Source: an uncultured Bacilli bacterium (GTDB lineage: Bacteria; Bacillota_I; Bacilli_A; RF39; UBA660). From it: 64,000 nt of DNA. The notes beneath the pieces are model-generated. The model was given only the letters and a program-made list of their open reading frames with translations. It did not search any database and had not been told where the DNA came from. Positions 29,010 to 39,854 of this stretch are shown here, one piece after another. The stretch lies in contig CALVJQ010000002.1 in the NCBI GenBank assembly GCA_944332265.1, forward strand, positions 652 through 64,651, given 5' to 3'. The translations under genes were made by a program, and so were the position numbers. How positions within the stretch are numbered: position 1 is the first letter of the stretch; each line of letters starts with the position of its first letter.

Positions 29010-29029
29010 AATATCTCGACTCCTTACCC

Positions 29030-29569
29030 TTATTTAGCTGCTTTCTTACCTTCTTTACGACGAACATATTCACCTTTGTAACGAACACCTTTACCTTTGT
29101 AAGGTTCTGGTTCTCTTACACTACGAACATTAGCCGCAAATTCAGTAACATGTTGCTTATCTATTCCTGAAATTGTAATTTCAGTGTTACTTACTTGTTC
29201 TGCTTTTAAATCAGCAGGAACTTCAATTACAACTGGATGTGAATAACCAGCATTTAATGTAATTTTGTTGCCTTGAACTTGGAATCTATATCCAACTCCA
29301 ACAGCTTCTAAACCTTTTTGATAACCTTCAGTTACACCAGTAATCATATTTTTGATTAAAGCATTTGTTGTACCATGTTGTTGTTTTGCAACTTTAGTAT
29401 CATTTGGTCTTTTTGTAATTATCTTGCCATCAACTTCTTCAACACTTATAATGTCTGCTTTGTTATAACTTAATTCACCCTTAGGTCCTTTTACAGTTAC
29501 AGTATTATCATTAACAGTTACTGTTACTCCTGATGGAATAACTAATTCTCTTTTTCCAATTCTACTCAT
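29030..29569 (-). CDS. rplF: 50S ribosomal protein L6
   Basis: L6 sequence. Confidence 0.93.
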   Translation of the reverse strand: MSRIGKRELVIPSGVTVTVNDNTVTVKGPKGELSYNKADIISVEEVDGKIITKRPNDTKVAKQQHGTTNALIKNMITGVTEGYQKGLEAVGVGYRFQVQGNKITLNAGYSHPVVIEVPADLKAEQVSNTEITISGIDKQHVTEFAANVRSVREPEPYKGKGVRYKGEYVRRKEGKKAAK

Positions 29570-29581
29570 AACTTGTTTTCC

Positions 29582-29977
29582 TTACCAAATATAGGCAAGT
29601 ACTTCTCCTCCTAGACCAGCTTCACGAGCTTCTTTGTCAGTCATTAATCCTTTTGAAGTTGAGATGATTGCAATTCCTAATCCGTTAAGTACACGAGGAA
29701 TTTCATCACTTTTGGCATAGACACGTAATCCAGATTTTGAGATTCTTTTTAAACCTGTAATTACTCTTTCTTTTTTATCACCATATTTAAGTGTTATGTT
29801 TAATTTATCGCCTTTAAGATTTTTTTCATATTTAAAATCAGCAATATAACCTTCACGTTTTAGGATTTCAGCAATTCCTAAAGTCATTTTAGAACCTAAA
29901 ACTTCAACATTTTCATATTTCATTTGATTTGCATTACGTATTCTTGTAAGCATATCTGCAATTATATCTCCTACCAT
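29582..29977 (-). CDS. rpsH: 30S ribosomal protein S8
   Basis: S8 sequence. Confidence 0.93.
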   Translation of the reverse strand: MVGDIIADMLTRIRNANQMKYENVEVLGSKMTLGIAEILKREGYIADFKYEKNLKGDKLNITLKYGDKKERVITGLKRISKSGLRVYAKSDEIPRVLNGLGIAIISTSKGLMTDKEAREAGLGGEVLAYIW

Positions 29978-29995
29978 AGTCTAAATTCCTCCTTT

Positions 29996-30181
29996 CTACC
30001 AACTTGACTTCTTAACGCCAGGGATTTGTCCATTATTTGCCATTTCTCTGAAGCAAATACGGCATAACTTATATTTACGAAGAACTCCATGAGGACGTCC
30101 ACATCTTTCGCAACGAGTATAAGCTCTTGATTTAAATTTTGCAGGTCTTTGTTGTTTAACTTTTAAACTAGTCTTTGCCAT
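29996..30181 (-). CDS. rpsN: 30S ribosomal protein S14, type Z (zinc-binding, 61 aa)
   Basis: [12 protein letters not shown]...[23 protein letters not shown] with a CxxC...CxxC zinc ribbon. The ATG at 30181 follows AGGAGGAGG; the track's longer ORF starts upstream of the SD. Confidence 0.9.
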   Translation of the reverse strand: MAKTSLKVKQQRPAKFKSRAYTRCERCGRPHGVLRKYKLCRICFREMANNGQIPGVKKSSW

Positions 30182-30200
30182 AAATATTTTCCTCCTCCTT

Positions 30201-30740
30201 TTACTTTCTAAATGGCATTCCAAATTCATTTAATAATTCGAATGCTTCTTCGTTTGTTTTTGCTGTTGTTACGAATACGATATCCATTCCTCTGATTTTT
30301 AGAACTTGATCATATTCGATTTCTGGGAATATAATTTGTTCTTTTATTCCTAAAGTATAATTTCCTTTACCATCAAAAGCGGTTTTTGAAATACCTCTGA
30401 AGTCTCTAACACGTGGAAGAGCTATTTTAATTAACTTTTCCATGAAATTATACATATTTTCACCACGTAATGTAACTTTAGCTCCGATTACTTGGCCTTC
30501 TCTTATTTTAAAGCCAGCTATTGATTTACGAGCTTTTGTTACAACAGGTTTTTGACCAGATATTAATTCTAGGTCTTTTACTGCTGCTTCAATGAATTTT
30601 GAATCATGTGAAGCTTCACCAACTCCCATATTAATTACTATTTTTTCTAATTTTGGAACTTCCATTTTAGATGAATAATTAAATTTTTTCATTAGAGAGT
30701 CGATGATTTGTTCATTATATAACTTTTTAAATGTACTCAT
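30201..30740 (-). CDS. rplE: 50S ribosomal protein L5
   Basis: L5 sequence. Start taken at the ATG (MSTFKK...) rather than the track's GTG four codons upstream; the exact start is uncertain. Confidence 0.9.
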   Translation of the reverse strand: MSTFKKLYNEQIIDSLMKKFNYSSKMEVPKLEKIVINMGVGEASHDSKFIEAAVKDLELISGQKPVVTKARKSIAGFKIREGQVIGAKVTLRGENMYNFMEKLIKIALPRVRDFRGISKTAFDGKGNYTLGIKEQIIFPEIEYDQVLKIRGMDIVFVTTAKTNEEAFELLNEFGMPFRK

Positions 30741-30751
30741 ATCTTCACCCA

Positions 30752-31057
30752 CTAACTAGCTTTCTCTTCTGTTTTTTTAGATTTTTTTGCTGTTTTTGTA
30801 GCAGTTGCTTTTTTTGGTTCTGCTTTTTTTGTTGCTTTTTCATCAACAACTTTTACGTTAGATACATGAATTGGTGCCTCAACTTCAACTATTGAACCAA
30901 CTTCATTCATTCTGTTTGGTTTTACATGTTTTTTTACGATATTGATTCCTTCAACAACTACTTTGTTGTCTTTAGCTAGAGTCTTAATAATTCTTCCAGT
31001 TTTGCCTTTATCTTTACCAGCTAAAACTTTTACATTGTCGCCAACTTTAACTTTCAT
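30752..31057 (-). CDS. rplX: 50S ribosomal protein L24 (Lys-rich C-terminal tail)
   Basis: L24 KOW sequence. Confidence 0.92.
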   Translation of the reverse strand: MKVKVGDNVKVLAGKDKGKTGRIIKTLAKDNKVVVEGINIVKKHVKPNRMNEVGSIVEVEAPIHVSNVKVVDEKATKKAEPKKATATKTAKKSKKTEEKAS

Positions 31058-31071
31058 ATTCTAGTTACCTC

Positions 31072-31440
31072 CTATAATACTTCAGGTGCAAGTGAAACTA
31101 TCTTCATGAAATCTTTTTCACGTAGTTCACGAGCAACAGGTCCTAAAACTCTTGTTCCAATTGGACTCTTATCTTCTCTAATCAATACACATGCATTGTC
31201 GTCAAATTTGATATATGAACCATCAGCTCTTCTAACACCTTCAACTGTTCTAACGATTACAGCTTTTACAACTTTTCCCTTAGGAATATTACTATTTGGA
31301 ATAGCTTTTTTTACTGTTCCGATTACGATATCACCAATGTTACCGCTTTTTACTCTACTTCCACCTACAACTCTAATAACAAGTAGTTCACGAGCACCAG
31401 AGTTATCTGCAACTTTAAGTCTTGATTCTTGCATTACCAT
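31072..31440 (-). CDS. rplN: 50S ribosomal protein L14
   Basis: L14 sequence ([13 protein letters not shown]). Confidence 0.94.
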   Translation of the reverse strand: MVMQESRLKVADNSGARELLVIRVVGGSRVKSGNIGDIVIGTVKKAIPNSNIPKGKVVKAVIVRTVEGVRRADGSYIKFDDNACVLIREDKSPIGTRVLGPVARELREKDFMKIVSLAPEVL

Positions 31441-31451
31441 AATGATACCCC

Positions 31452-31712
31452 CTATAGAACAACAGCTTCGATTAGCACTTCGTCTAGTTCATATCTTTTT
31501 GTTTTTGATAATGGTCTAGTAGAACTAATTCTAACTGTGTCTCCTTCTTTTGCTTTATTTAACTCGTCATGAGCTGTATATTTTTTTGAGTATTTAACTC
31601 TTTTACCATAAAGTGGATGCTTTTTATATGTTTCAACTAAAACAGTAATTGTCTTGTCATTTTTTGCACTTACAACTTTACCAACTAATGTAGTTTTTTT
31701 AGTATCTGCCAT
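31452..31712 (-). CDS. rpsQ: 30S ribosomal protein S17
   Basis: S17 sequence. Confidence 0.92.
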   Translation of the reverse strand: MADTKKTTLVGKVVSAKNDKTITVLVETYKKHPLYGKRVKYSKKYTAHDELNKAKEGDTVRISSTRPLSKTKRYELDEVLIEAVVL

Positions 31713-31933
31713 TATTTTTCGCCTCCATTTTCTCTTTCTGCTAAAATAGTTTTCATTCTAGCAACGTTCTTTCTTAACTCACGAATCCTAGATGGCTTTT
31801 CTAATGAACCAGTTGATTGTTTTAATCTAAGATCGAATAGTTCTTTTTTAGATTCTGTGATTTTTGCTTTTAGATCTTCGTCTGATAAAGCTCTTAGTTC
31901 TTTTACTACTTCATTAACCTTCATTAGATTCAC
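31712..31933 (-). CDS. rpmC: 50S ribosomal protein L29
   Basis: L29 sequence; overlaps the rplP end. Confidence 0.9.
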   Translation of the reverse strand: MNLMKVNEVVKELRALSDEDLKAKITESKKELFDLRLKQSTGSLEKPSRIRELRKNVARMKTILAERENGGEK

Positions 31934-32348
31934 CGCCTTTGTCTTCTTTTTTAACTATTTTGCAAGTTATTGGAAGTTTATGAGATGCAAGTCTTAAAGC
32001 TTCTCTTGCTATTTCTTCACTAACGCCCCCAACTTCAAACATGATTTTGCCTTTTTTTACTACAGCAACCCATTGTTCAACATTACCTTTACCTTTACCT
32101 TGACGAACACCAAGAGGTTTCTTAGTTAATGGTAAATGTGGGAAGATGTTAATCCATACTTTTCCTCCACGTTTCATGAAACGAGTCATTGCGATACGAG
32201 CTGCTTCAATTTGTTGAGCAGTTATATATGTACCTTCTGTAGCCATAAGACCATATTCGCCATAATGTAATTCAGTATTTCCTTTTGCTTTTCCTTCGTA
32301 TGATAAACGATGTTGTTTACGATACTTAGTTCTTTTTGGCATTAACAT
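31914..32348 (-). CDS. rplP: 50S ribosomal protein L16
   Basis: [14 protein letters not shown]... Confidence 0.94.
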   Translation of the reverse strand: MLMPKRTKYRKQHRLSYEGKAKGNTELHYGEYGLMATEGTYITAQQIEAARIAMTRFMKRGGKVWINIFPHLPLTKKPLGVRQGKGKGNVEQWVAVVKKGKIMFEVGGVSEEIAREALRLASHKLPITCKIVKKEDKGGESNEG

Positions 32349-33006
32349 CTTTGTTCTCTCCCTTCACAGCTTTTTTAGTAGGAAGAATTTCACCTTTGTA
32401 AATCCAAACTTTTACACCAATTTTTCCATATGTTGTATTTGCTTCAGCGATAGCATAATCAATGTCAGCTCTAATTGTATGTAAAGGAACAGTTCCTTCA
32501 GTGTAACCTTCAGTACGAGCCATTTCTGCTCCACCAAGTCTTCCTGAAACTGAAGTTTTAATTCCTTTAGCTCCAGCTTTCATTGTATTTCTAATAGCTC
32601 TTTTTTGAGCGCTTCTAAATGGTGCTCTTGCTTCGATTTGACTAGCGATTTGTTCAGCTACTAATTTAGCATTTAGATCTGGATTTTTTACTTCGATGAT
32701 AGAAACATAAATTTCTTCATCTACTAATTTTTTAAGTTCATTTCTTAATTTTTCTATGTCTTCTCCACCGTGTCCGATAATAACACCAGGTTTAGCAGTA
32801 TAGATTTTTACATCTGTTCTTTTTGAAGTTCTTTCAATTAGAACAGTTGCAATTGCAGCATCTTTCATTTTAGTTGCAATATATTTACGAATTTTATTAT
32901 CTTTATTTAAAAGATTACCAAATTCTTTTTTGTCTGCGAACCAATTAGCTTCCCAATCTTTATTAACGCCTACTCTTAGGCCAATTGGATTTACTTTTTG
33001 TCCCAT
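32326..33006 (-). CDS. rpsC: 30S ribosomal protein S3
   Basis: [13 protein letters not shown]..., KH domain. Confidence 0.94.
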   Translation of the reverse strand: MGQKVNPIGLRVGVNKDWEANWFADKKEFGNLLNKDNKIRKYIATKMKDAAIATVLIERTSKRTDVKIYTAKPGVIIGHGGEDIEKLRNELKKLVDEEIYVSIIEVKNPDLNAKLVAEQIASQIEARAPFRSAQKRAIRNTMKAGAKGIKTSVSGRLGGAEMARTEGYTEGTVPLHTIRADIDYAIAEANTTYGKIGVKVWIYKGEILPTKKAVKGENKDVNAKKN

Positions 33007-33007
33007 A

Positions 33008-33352
33008 CTATTTTACCTCCTTATTATCAGATACTTTGATAGTAATATGACTTGTTCTTTTATCTCTTCTATCTACTTTTGTTCTTGAACCAAATTTAAT
33101 TCTTTTTAAAACTTGTCCTGGATTAATGTAGCATTCAGAGATAACAAGATCAGATTCATTTGCGCCATTGTTATTTACGGCATTAGCTACTGCAGATTTT
33201 AAAACCTTAAGGATTAATCTACTTGCTTTAGTATTAGTATTTTCTAATATACCTTCTGCTGTTTGTACATCTTTTCCTCTTACTAAATCAAGAGTCATTC
33301 TTGCTTTACGAGGAGCGATCATAGCATTTTTATGTATTGCATATGTTTCCAT
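33008..33352 (-). CDS. rplV: 50S ribosomal protein L22
   Basis: L22 sequence. Confidence 0.92.
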   Translation of the reverse strand: METYAIHKNAMIAPRKARMTLDLVRGKDVQTAEGILENTNTKASRLILKVLKSAVANAVNNNGANESDLVISECYINPGQVLKRIKFGSRTKVDRRDKRTSHITIKVSDNKEVK

Positions 33353-33370
33353 TACTTATTCTCTCCTTTC

Positions 33371-33634
33371 CTACTTTTGTCCAGCATGTCCGCCAAATTT
33401 ACGAGTTAATGCAAACTCACCTAATTTGTGTCCAACCATATCTTCTGTAATATAAACTGGAATAAATTCTTTACCATTATGAACAGCTATTGTATGTCCT
33501 ATGAAATCAGGATAAATAGTTGAACGACGAGACCATGTTTTAATAACTTCTTTTTTATTGTTTTTATTTAATTCTTGAACCTTTTTTAATAATCTATCAA
33601 ATACATAAGGTCCTTTTTTTAAACTTCTTGCCAT
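33371..33634 (-). CDS. rpsS: 30S ribosomal protein S19
   Basis: S19 sequence. Confidence 0.93.
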   Translation of the reverse strand: MARSLKKGPYVFDRLLKKVQELNKNNKKEVIKTWSRRSTIYPDFIGHTIAVHNGKEFIPVYITEDMVGHKLGEFALTRKFGGHAGQK

Positions 33635-33647
33635 TATTTATTTCCTC

Positions 33648-34478
33648 CTATTTTTTCTTACGACTAACAATTAGCTTGCTAGATTTTTTCTTGCTACTAC
33701 GAGTTTTAACTCCCATAGCTTTTTTACCCCATGGTGTCATTGGTGACTTACGTCCAACTGGAGCACGTCCTTCACCACCACCATGTGGATGGTCATTAGG
33801 GTTCATAACTGAACCACGGTTTGTAGGTCTTATACCCATGTGACGTTTACGTCCAGCTTTTCCAAGATTAACTAGTTCATAATCTTCGTTACCTACAGTT
33901 CCGATTGTTGCCATACAAGTTCCAAGAACTTTTCTTGTTTCGCCTGATTGTAATCTAATTAATACGTATTTGTCTTCACGACCAAGTATTTGTGCGCTTG
34001 TTCCAGCTGCACGGCATAGAGATGCTCCTTTTCCTGGTTGTACTTCAATACAATGGATTGTTGTACCAACAGGAATGTTAGCAAGTGGTAAAGCATTACC
34101 AATTTTGATATCAGCGTTTTCGCCTGCTTCAATAATTGATCCTACAGTTAGATCTTTTGGAGCGATTATATATCTCTTTTCTCCATCGCGATAATTAATT
34201 AATGCAATATTAGCATTACGATTTGGATCATATTCGATAGTAGCTACTTTTCCAGTAACTCCAACTTTATTTCTCTTGAAATCAATAACTCTGTATTTTT
34301 GTTTTGCCCCTCCACCGATGTGGCGAACAGTCATTTTTCCTTGGTTATTTCTTCCGCCTGATTTTGTTTTTGAAACCAATAATGATTTTTCAGGAGCTGA
34401 AGTCGTTATTTCATTATTTGCTAAAGTAGTCATTCCACGGCGACCATTAGTCGTTGGATTATATTTCTTTATTGCCAT
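33648..34478 (-). CDS. rplB: 50S ribosomal protein L2
   Basis: L2 sequence (276 aa). Confidence 0.95.
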   Translation of the reverse strand: MAIKKYNPTTNGRRGMTTLANNEITTSAPEKSLLVSKTKSGGRNNQGKMTVRHIGGGAKQKYRVIDFKRNKVGVTGKVATIEYDPNRNANIALINYRDGEKRYIIAPKDLTVGSIIEAGENADIKIGNALPLANIPVGTTIHCIEVQPGKGASLCRAAGTSAQILGREDKYVLIRLQSGETRKVLGTCMATIGTVGNEDYELVNLGKAGRKRHMGIRPTNRGSVMNPNDHPHGGGEGRAPVGRKSPMTPWGKKAMGVKTRSSKKKSSKLIVSRKKK

Positions 34479-34494
34479 AATTTCTTCTCTCCTT

Positions 34495-34770
34495 CTATAA
34501 TTCTATTTTGTCACCATCAACTAGTGTGACAAATGCTTTTTTATAAGTTTTAGTTTTTCCAGCATATCTTCCAACTCTTTTAGCTTTAGATTTAGTATTT
34601 AAAGTGTTTACTTTTTTTACTTTTACGCCAAAAGCTTCTTCGATAGCTTTCTTTATTTCGATTTTATTTGCAGATGCATTTACTTTAAAAGTATATACAT
34701 TTGCTTCTGCTTGGATAGCAGATTTTTCTGTAATTACAGGTGCAATAATAATATCAGTATAATCTTTCAT
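34495..34770 (-). CDS. rplW: 50S ribosomal protein L23
   Basis: L23 sequence. Confidence 0.92.
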   Translation of the reverse strand: MKDYTDIIIAPVITEKSAIQAEANVYTFKVNASANKIEIKKAIEEAFGVKVKKVNTLNTKSKAKRVGRYAGKTKTYKKAFVTLVDGDKIEL

Positions 34771-35393
34771 TATTTAAGTCCCCCTTCAATTACTTCAATA
34801 GCTTTTTCATCGCAAACAACAACATCAGCATTTACTAAGTCATAGCAATTTATTTCATCAGCATTTATGTTATATGCATAACCTAAATTTCTTGTTGCCA
34901 TGTATAAATTTTCGTTGTCTTCGCCTGTTACGAATAAAACTTTTCCTTCTAATTTAAGTGTTGCCATTATATCTTTGATAGTTTTTGTTTTTAAATTATC
35001 AAGATTAATGTTATCTATTACCATTAATTCCTTATCTTGGAATTTATGAGATAGAGCACTCTTAAGTGCTAAAGCTCTTTCTTTTTTATTGATTTGGAAT
35101 GTATAGTCTCTAGGTGTTACACCTCCAGCAATTCCGCCTCCACACCATTGTGTAGCTCTAATTGAACCTTGACGAGCTCTACCTGTTCCTTTTTGTCTCC
35201 AAGGTTTTCTTCCACCACCAGAAACTTCAGAACGTGTTTTAGTTTTGGCAGTTCCTTGTCTAGTTGCTGCTAGTTGTAAATCAATTGCCTTTTTTAGAAC
35301 AATATCATTTGCTTCTATATTCCATACATTGTCAGCTAAAGTTAAATCTTTTAGTTTTTCGCCTTTTATATTAATTAATTGTATTTTTGCCAT
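34770..35393 (-). CDS. rplD: 50S ribosomal protein L4
   Basis: L4 sequence. Confidence 0.94.
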   Translation of the reverse strand: MAKIQLINIKGEKLKDLTLADNVWNIEANDIVLKKAIDLQLAATRQGTAKTKTRSEVSGGGRKPWRQKGTGRARQGSIRATQWCGGGIAGGVTPRDYTFQINKKERALALKSALSHKFQDKELMVIDNINLDNLKTKTIKDIMATLKLEGKVLFVTGEDNENLYMATRNLGYAYNINADEINCYDLVNADVVVCDEKAIEVIEGGLK

Positions 35394-35416
35394 ATTAGAT
35401 CACCTTTCTAAGTAAA

Positions 35417-36178
35417 TTACTTACTTTCTCCTTGGTTTTCTTCTGTAGCAACAACTTCTTCAGCAGTAGTTTCTTCTACTGGAGTAGTGTTTTCTACAAC
35501 TTCATCAACAACTGTTTCATCTTCGTAAGAAAGGATTTCTTTTGCTTCAGCAGCACCTTTCTTTTTAGTAGCAGTTCTAATTAAAACTAAAGATTGTTTA
35601 GCTCCTGGAATATTTCCACTAACTAAAATATAATTTTCAGCAGCATTTACTTCGATAATTTCTAGGTTTTGGATTGTTGTTGTTTCAACACCCATGCGAC
35701 CAGGTAATTTTTTACCTTTAAGAACACGCATTGGTCTCATTGTACCCATTGAACCTGGTCTTCTGTGATAACGTGAACCGTGTGCCATAGGGCCTCTTGA
35801 TTGGTTCCAACGTTTAATAACACCTTCGGTACCTTTACCTTTACTTGTACCTGTTACGTCAACATATTCACCAGCAGCGAATACATCAGCGCCAATAGTA
35901 TCTCCTAAGTTATAAGTACCTTCGTAATTACGAATTTCTTTTAAGTAGCGCTTAGGAGTTGTATTTGCCTTTTTAGCATGACCAATACTAGCTTTGCTAG
36001 CATTTTTTTCTTTCTTGTCTACTGTAGCTAGTTGAATTGCGTTATAACCGTCTTTTTCAGTTGTTTTGATTTGTGTAACAACATTTGGTTCAACTGAAAC
36101 AACTGTTACAGGGACAAGTTTTCCATCTTTTGTAAAGACTTGAGTCATTCCGACTTTACGTCCTAAGATTCCTTTCAT
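35417..36178 (-). CDS. rplC: 50S ribosomal protein L3 (with about 40-aa acidic C-terminal extension)
   Basis: L3 sequence over 210 aa, then a Glu/Thr/Val-rich tail. Confidence 0.93.
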   Translation of the reverse strand: MKGILGRKVGMTQVFTKDGKLVPVTVVSVEPNVVTQIKTTEKDGYNAIQLATVDKKEKNASKASIGHAKKANTTPKRYLKEIRNYEGTYNLGDTIGADVFAAGEYVDVTGTSKGKGTEGVIKRWNQSRGPMAHGSRYHRRPGSMGTMRPMRVLKGKKLPGRMGVETTTIQNLEIIEVNAAENYILVSGNIPGAKQSLVLIRTATKKKGAAEAKEILSYEDETVVDEVVENTTPVEETTAEEVVATEENQGESK

Positions 36179-36202
36179 TTTCTTACCTCCATATTATTTT
36201 CA

Positions 36203-36508
36203 TTATTTTATGTTAATAGCAACACCACTTGGAATATCTAAGTGAGCAAGTGCTTCAACAGTTTCTTTTGTTGGGTTTTTAATATCTATAAGTCTCTTGT
36301 GAGTACGACTTTCAAATTGTTCTCTAGAGTCTTTGTATTTGTGTACAGCTCTTAGTACAGTGATTTTTTCTACTTCAGTAGGTAGTGGCACTGGACCAAC
36401 AACTTCTCCCCCAGTTCTTTTAACAGTTTCAACAATTTTTCCGCAAGCTAGATCTAATAGTCTATGATCATAAGCTTTTAGAGTGATGCGAACTTTGTTA
36501 CTTGACAT
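36203..36508 (-). CDS. rpsJ: 30S ribosomal protein S10
   Basis: S10 sequence. Confidence 0.95.
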   Translation of the reverse strand: MSSNKVRITLKAYDHRLLDLACGKIVETVKRTGGEVVGPVPLPTEVEKITVLRAVHKYKDSREQFESRTHKRLIDIKNPTKETVEALAHLDIPSGVAINIK

Positions 36509-36642
36509 TTTATGTCCTCCCTTCGTCTATATCTAGTATAGACTTGCTCCGTAATGAATTCCCCGACTTTTTTGGATAGTTATTTAACAACCTTTCCTAG
36601 TGTATCGGCAACCTCACACATCTAAGCAGTCATACGTTTTTA

Positions 36643-36671
36643 ATTATAGCAACAATGTCCGATAAATGCAA
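36643..36671 (-). promoter_or_regulatory. sigma-A promoter of the S10 operon (TTGCAT-17-TATAAT) with about 125-nt structured leader
   Basis: Hexamers read on the minus strand with an exact 17-nt spacer; a GC-richer leader follows, a candidate L4 autoregulatory leader. Confidence 0.5.
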
Positions 36672-36699
36672 GGAAAAGTTTAGTTTTTTGTAAAAAAAA

Positions 36700-36724
36700 T
36701 ATTACACACAAGATGTAATATTTA
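36700..36724. terminator. bidirectional hairpin ATATTACA-CACAAGA-TGTAATAT with flanking A/T runs (gpmI terminator)
   Basis: Read in the sequence; overlaps the gpmI stop. Confidence 0.45.
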
Positions 36725-38227
36725 TTTTTTACTGATTAAAATATCTGATTCTTTCATTTCTTTAGGAATCGCAATATCCATGTATTTTAGAAGAGTTGGA
36801 GCAAAACTAGTTAATATTCCATTATTTAGCTTGCATTTTTTATCCATTATAATAAATGGTACAGGACTTAATGTATTTTTAGTTATAATATTATTATTTC
36901 TATCAATTATTGTATCGGCATTAGCATGACTTGAAATAATAATAACTTTATAAAAGTTTTCTTCAGCTACTTCAATAATTTTACCTAAGCAAACATCTAT
37001 AGCTTGAAGACCGTTAATTGTTGCTTGATAATTGCCGGTATGACCTACTTCATCAGGATTGGCGAAATTAGCTAAAATAAAGTCATAATCTTTTTCCATA
37101 CATTTAATAATTGTTTTAGCAACTGATAATGAGTTCATTTCTGGTTTTAGATCAAAACTATCTACAGTTGGAGAATCAATACTATAAATATCGCAATTTT
37201 CAAGTTTTAAATATCTTTTACCATTTAGATAATAGCTCATTGAACTAGTTTTTATGCTTTCATAGATATGGGCTTGGGTTAATCCTAGTCCAGCTAAATA
37301 TTCTGGGAGTGAATTTTTATTTTTGGGCATTTCAAAAAAATAATTGTTATTCAATCTTTTATCTATTTCAAATAGACTATAAACTCTAATATTTATTTGA
37401 TAATTATTAAATTCAATAAAATCTTTATTACAAATAGAATCTAATATTTGAAGTTGATTTTCTTTACTAAAATTTAAAAATATTAAAACATCTTTACTAT
37501 CAAGTGATTGAAAATCATCTGTTTTTAATGGGGGCAAATATTCATCTGATAATTTTTTTTCATAACATTTTTCAATCACGCGTGGAAGATTTTTAGCATC
37601 GATACCACGACCGTCAAAAAGAAGATCATAATACATCTTTGTCCTTTTATAGTCTTTTGTATCATCTAAAGCATAATAACGTCCACAAACAGATGCTAGT
37701 TTTATATTATTATGAATATTATTTTCTATATCTTTTAAATATTTGTATATTTTATGTTTATCGGAATCGCGGCCATCAGCGATTAAGTGAAGAAATACAT
37801 TGTTTTCTATCTTATCGTGTTGAATAGTATTTAAGAAACATTTTAAATGATTTAAGTGGGAGGATACTCCACCATCTGATAGCAAATGAATTATATGAAG
37901 ACTTTTATTTGGATAGCTATGAAGATAATCTATCATTTCGTTATACTTAGGATTATATTTTAAACGTTCTCTTTTAAATACTTCATTTATTTCATCTAAA
38001 GGATTTTCTATTTGACGGCCTGTACCGATTATTTCATGTCCTAATTCACTACTACTACATTGTTTTTCAGGCAAGCCAATGGAAGGACCGCTGGCTTTTA
38101 ATAGACAATGGGGATAGTTGTTCCAAATATTGATGAAATTATTCATTCCGGCATTTTTAATAGCGTTACCATAAATATCTTCACGCATACCAAAGCCATC
38201 TAATATAATTGTTAAAATCTTCTTCAT
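36722..38227 (-). CDS. gpmI: 2,3-bisphosphoglycerate-independent phosphoglycerate mutase
   Basis: iPGM motifs (ILDGFG, HLLSDGGVSSH, ADGRD, SHANAD); ATG at 38227 (MKKIL...) with AGGAG 7 nt upstream. Confidence 0.88.
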   Translation of the reverse strand: MKKILTIILDGFGMREDIYGNAIKNAGMNNFINIWNNYPHCLLKASGPSIGLPEKQCSSSELGHEIIGTGRQIENPLDEINEVFKRERLKYNPKYNEMIDYLHSYPNKSLHIIHLLSDGGVSSHLNHLKCFLNTIQHDKIENNVFLHLIADGRDSDKHKIYKYLKDIENNIHNNIKLASVCGRYYALDDTKDYKRTKMYYDLLFDGRGIDAKNLPRVIEKCYEKKLSDEYLPPLKTDDFQSLDSKDVLIFLNFSKENQLQILDSICNKDFIEFNNYQINIRVYSLFEIDKRLNNNYFFEMPKNKNSLPEYLAGLGLTQAHIYESIKTSSMSYYLNGKRYLKLENCDIYSIDSPTVDSFDLKPEMNSLSVAKTIIKCMEKDYDFILANFANPDEVGHTGNYQATINGLQAIDVCLGKIIEVAEENFYKVIIISSHANADTIIDRNNNIITKNTLSPVPFIIMDKKCKLNNGILTSFAPTLLKYMDIAIPKEMKESDILISKK

Positions 38228-38263
38228 ACACATACTCCTAATAACATAATAGCACAAGAAAAA

Positions 38264-38294
38264 AAGAAATTATAGAGGACACGCATAATTTCTT
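38264..38294 (-). terminator. intrinsic terminator/attenuator AAGAAATTAT-N11-ATAATTTCTT plus U7 between the spo0A-like gene and gpmI
   Basis: Perfect 10-bp stem; the T-run on the minus strand ends about 30 nt before the gpmI start. Confidence 0.4.
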
Positions 38295-38299
38295 TTTGT

Positions 38300-39058
38300 T
38301 TAATATATAGTTCTTCCTTCTTCTATCATTAATTTATCTACAATGATAGCAATAAATTCACCATTAGTTGGCTTTGTTTTATAGTAATCAACACAATTAG
38401 AAAAAAGCTCGTTAGAATATTCGTAATTACCTCTATCCCAACCAGTCTCAATTGCACTTCTTATAGACCTTTCAATACAACTTTCTTTTTTGGAAAAAGA
38501 TTCTGCTAGCATAGGATATATTTCTTTTGTGATTGACGTTAATAATGATGGTTCCATATAACATTCATATATTGCCTTTCTAAGATAATGAAAACCATTC
38601 TTATCAGGAGCTATACCTAATTTTTTCAATATTTCAGCAACTTTATCGTATATTGATATTTTATGAAAATTATATTTTTCCTGTTTATTTTTTATTTCTT
38701 TTAAAGATATTATTAATTCATTTATTTTATAATTCTTAGGAATAACATTAAATATTTGATAATTAGAAGCTGCTAGATTATAGCAATCTAGTCTTATATT
38801 ATCAATAATAATTGTACGTGATAGAAGAACTTCATTTTTATAATTCATTAACAATTCTAAAATGTTTTCTCCTGGAATAGTTCCATCAACTAATATTGCA
38901 TCCAAGTCATCACTACTATTGATAATTTGTAGTGCGTCTTTGTAATTATCTGCTGTATATTTTATTGTTATTTCTGTTGTTCTAGATGTTATTTCTTGCT
39001 TAAGTTTGTTCGCTTCTTCGTTACTACATACTACCAATGTATTCATATTATTTTTCAT
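38300..39058 (-). CDS. spo0A: Spo0A-family response regulator (receiver domain plus Spo0A_C DNA-binding domain)
   Basis: C-terminal 110 aa closely parallel B. subtilis Spo0A_C (HYLRKAIYECY...ITKEIYPMLAESF...CIERSIRSAIETGWDRGN...KPTNGEFIAIIVDKLMIEE). The receiver has Asp in 'AILVDGTIPG' and Lys in 'VIPKNY', but an N-terminal 'SNEE' replaces the usual DD. Confidence 0.75.
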   Translation of the reverse strand: MKNNMNTLVVCSNEEANKLKQEITSRTTEITIKYTADNYKDALQIINSSDDLDAILVDGTIPGENILELLMNYKNEVLLSRTIIIDNIRLDCYNLAASNYQIFNVIPKNYKINELIISLKEIKNKQEKYNFHKISIYDKVAEILKKLGIAPDKNGFHYLRKAIYECYMEPSLLTSITKEIYPMLAESFSKKESCIERSIRSAIETGWDRGNYEYSNELFSNCVDYYKTKPTNGEFIAIIVDKLMIEEGRTIY

Positions 39059-39128
39059 GTTCCTTTTTCTCTTTCTATGTTTTTAGTTTAAATTATACTT
39101 ACTTGGTATTATGTACTATTTTGTCGAC

Positions 39129-39854
39129 TTAGATATTTTTTTGAATTTTTTGATAAATATATTCTACTTCGCTACTCTCTTTTGAGCTTTCTCCTAAAAC
39201 AAAGCCATCTAATTCATCTATTTTAACTAACTCATCTATATTATCTTCGTTGACACTACCTCCATATAATACTGGAAGTTCTAAATTATACTTTTCTTTT
39301 ATAATACTTTTAATTTCTTTTATACGGATTGTTATTTCTTCATTACTAGGAATTATTCCCGTACCTATTGCCCACCTAGGTTCATAGACTATTATCATTT
39401 TTGTTCTTTTATAGTCAGGGACTTCATCTATTATAGTTAGAAGTTGTTTTTTTAATCTTTTATTAATTTTTAATTTATCTTTTTCTGTTTCGCCAATAAA
39501 ATAAATTGGTTTTATATGACTATGATATGATTTTTTTATTTTAGATATTATCATTTTATTATTTTCTAACAATAATTTTCTTCTCTCACTATGTCCTACT
39601 AAAGCATATTTGACATTTATTGATTGTAATTGATTGGCTGTTGTCTCTCCTGTATAAGAACCTTCTTCAAACATTGAAACATCTTGACTTCCTAAAGAGT
39701 AATTGGGACTTTGAAAAAGGTATAAAAAAGGCAACGACGGGCAAATAATTAATTCGATAGTAGGTATTGTAAGTATTTTTGATATTTCTTTTTCATATGA
39801 TTTTAATTCGTCTTTAGTTTTATTGGCTTTTAAATTGCAAACTAAATATTTCAT
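39129..39854 (-). CDS. tpiA: triose-phosphate isomerase
   Basis: Motifs NLKAN, ALVGHSERR, YGGSV; overlaps the pgk stop. Confidence 0.85.
   Translation of the reverse strand: MKYLVCNLKANKTKDELKSYEKEISKILTIPTIELIICPSLPFLYLFQSPNYSLGSQDVSMFEEGSYTGETTANQLQSINVKYALVGHSERRKLLLENNKMIISKIKKSYHSHIKPIYFIGETEKDKLKINKRLKKQLLTIIDEVPDYKRTKMIIVYEPRWAIGTGIIPSNEEITIRIKEIKSIIKEKYNLELPVLYGGSVNEDNIDELVKIDELDGFVLGESSKESSEVEYIYQKIQKNI

Noticed and set aside
23226-36508. Numerous plus-strand ORFs inside the ribosomal protein genes: 27487..27690, 28774..29037, 31106..31519, 33168..33455, 33628..33843, 33970..34194, 34276..34500.
   Set aside because: They are antisense shadow ORFs within highly conserved minus-strand genes, with no SD and low-complexity Ser/Leu/Phe-rich translations typical of the reverse frame in AT-rich DNA.
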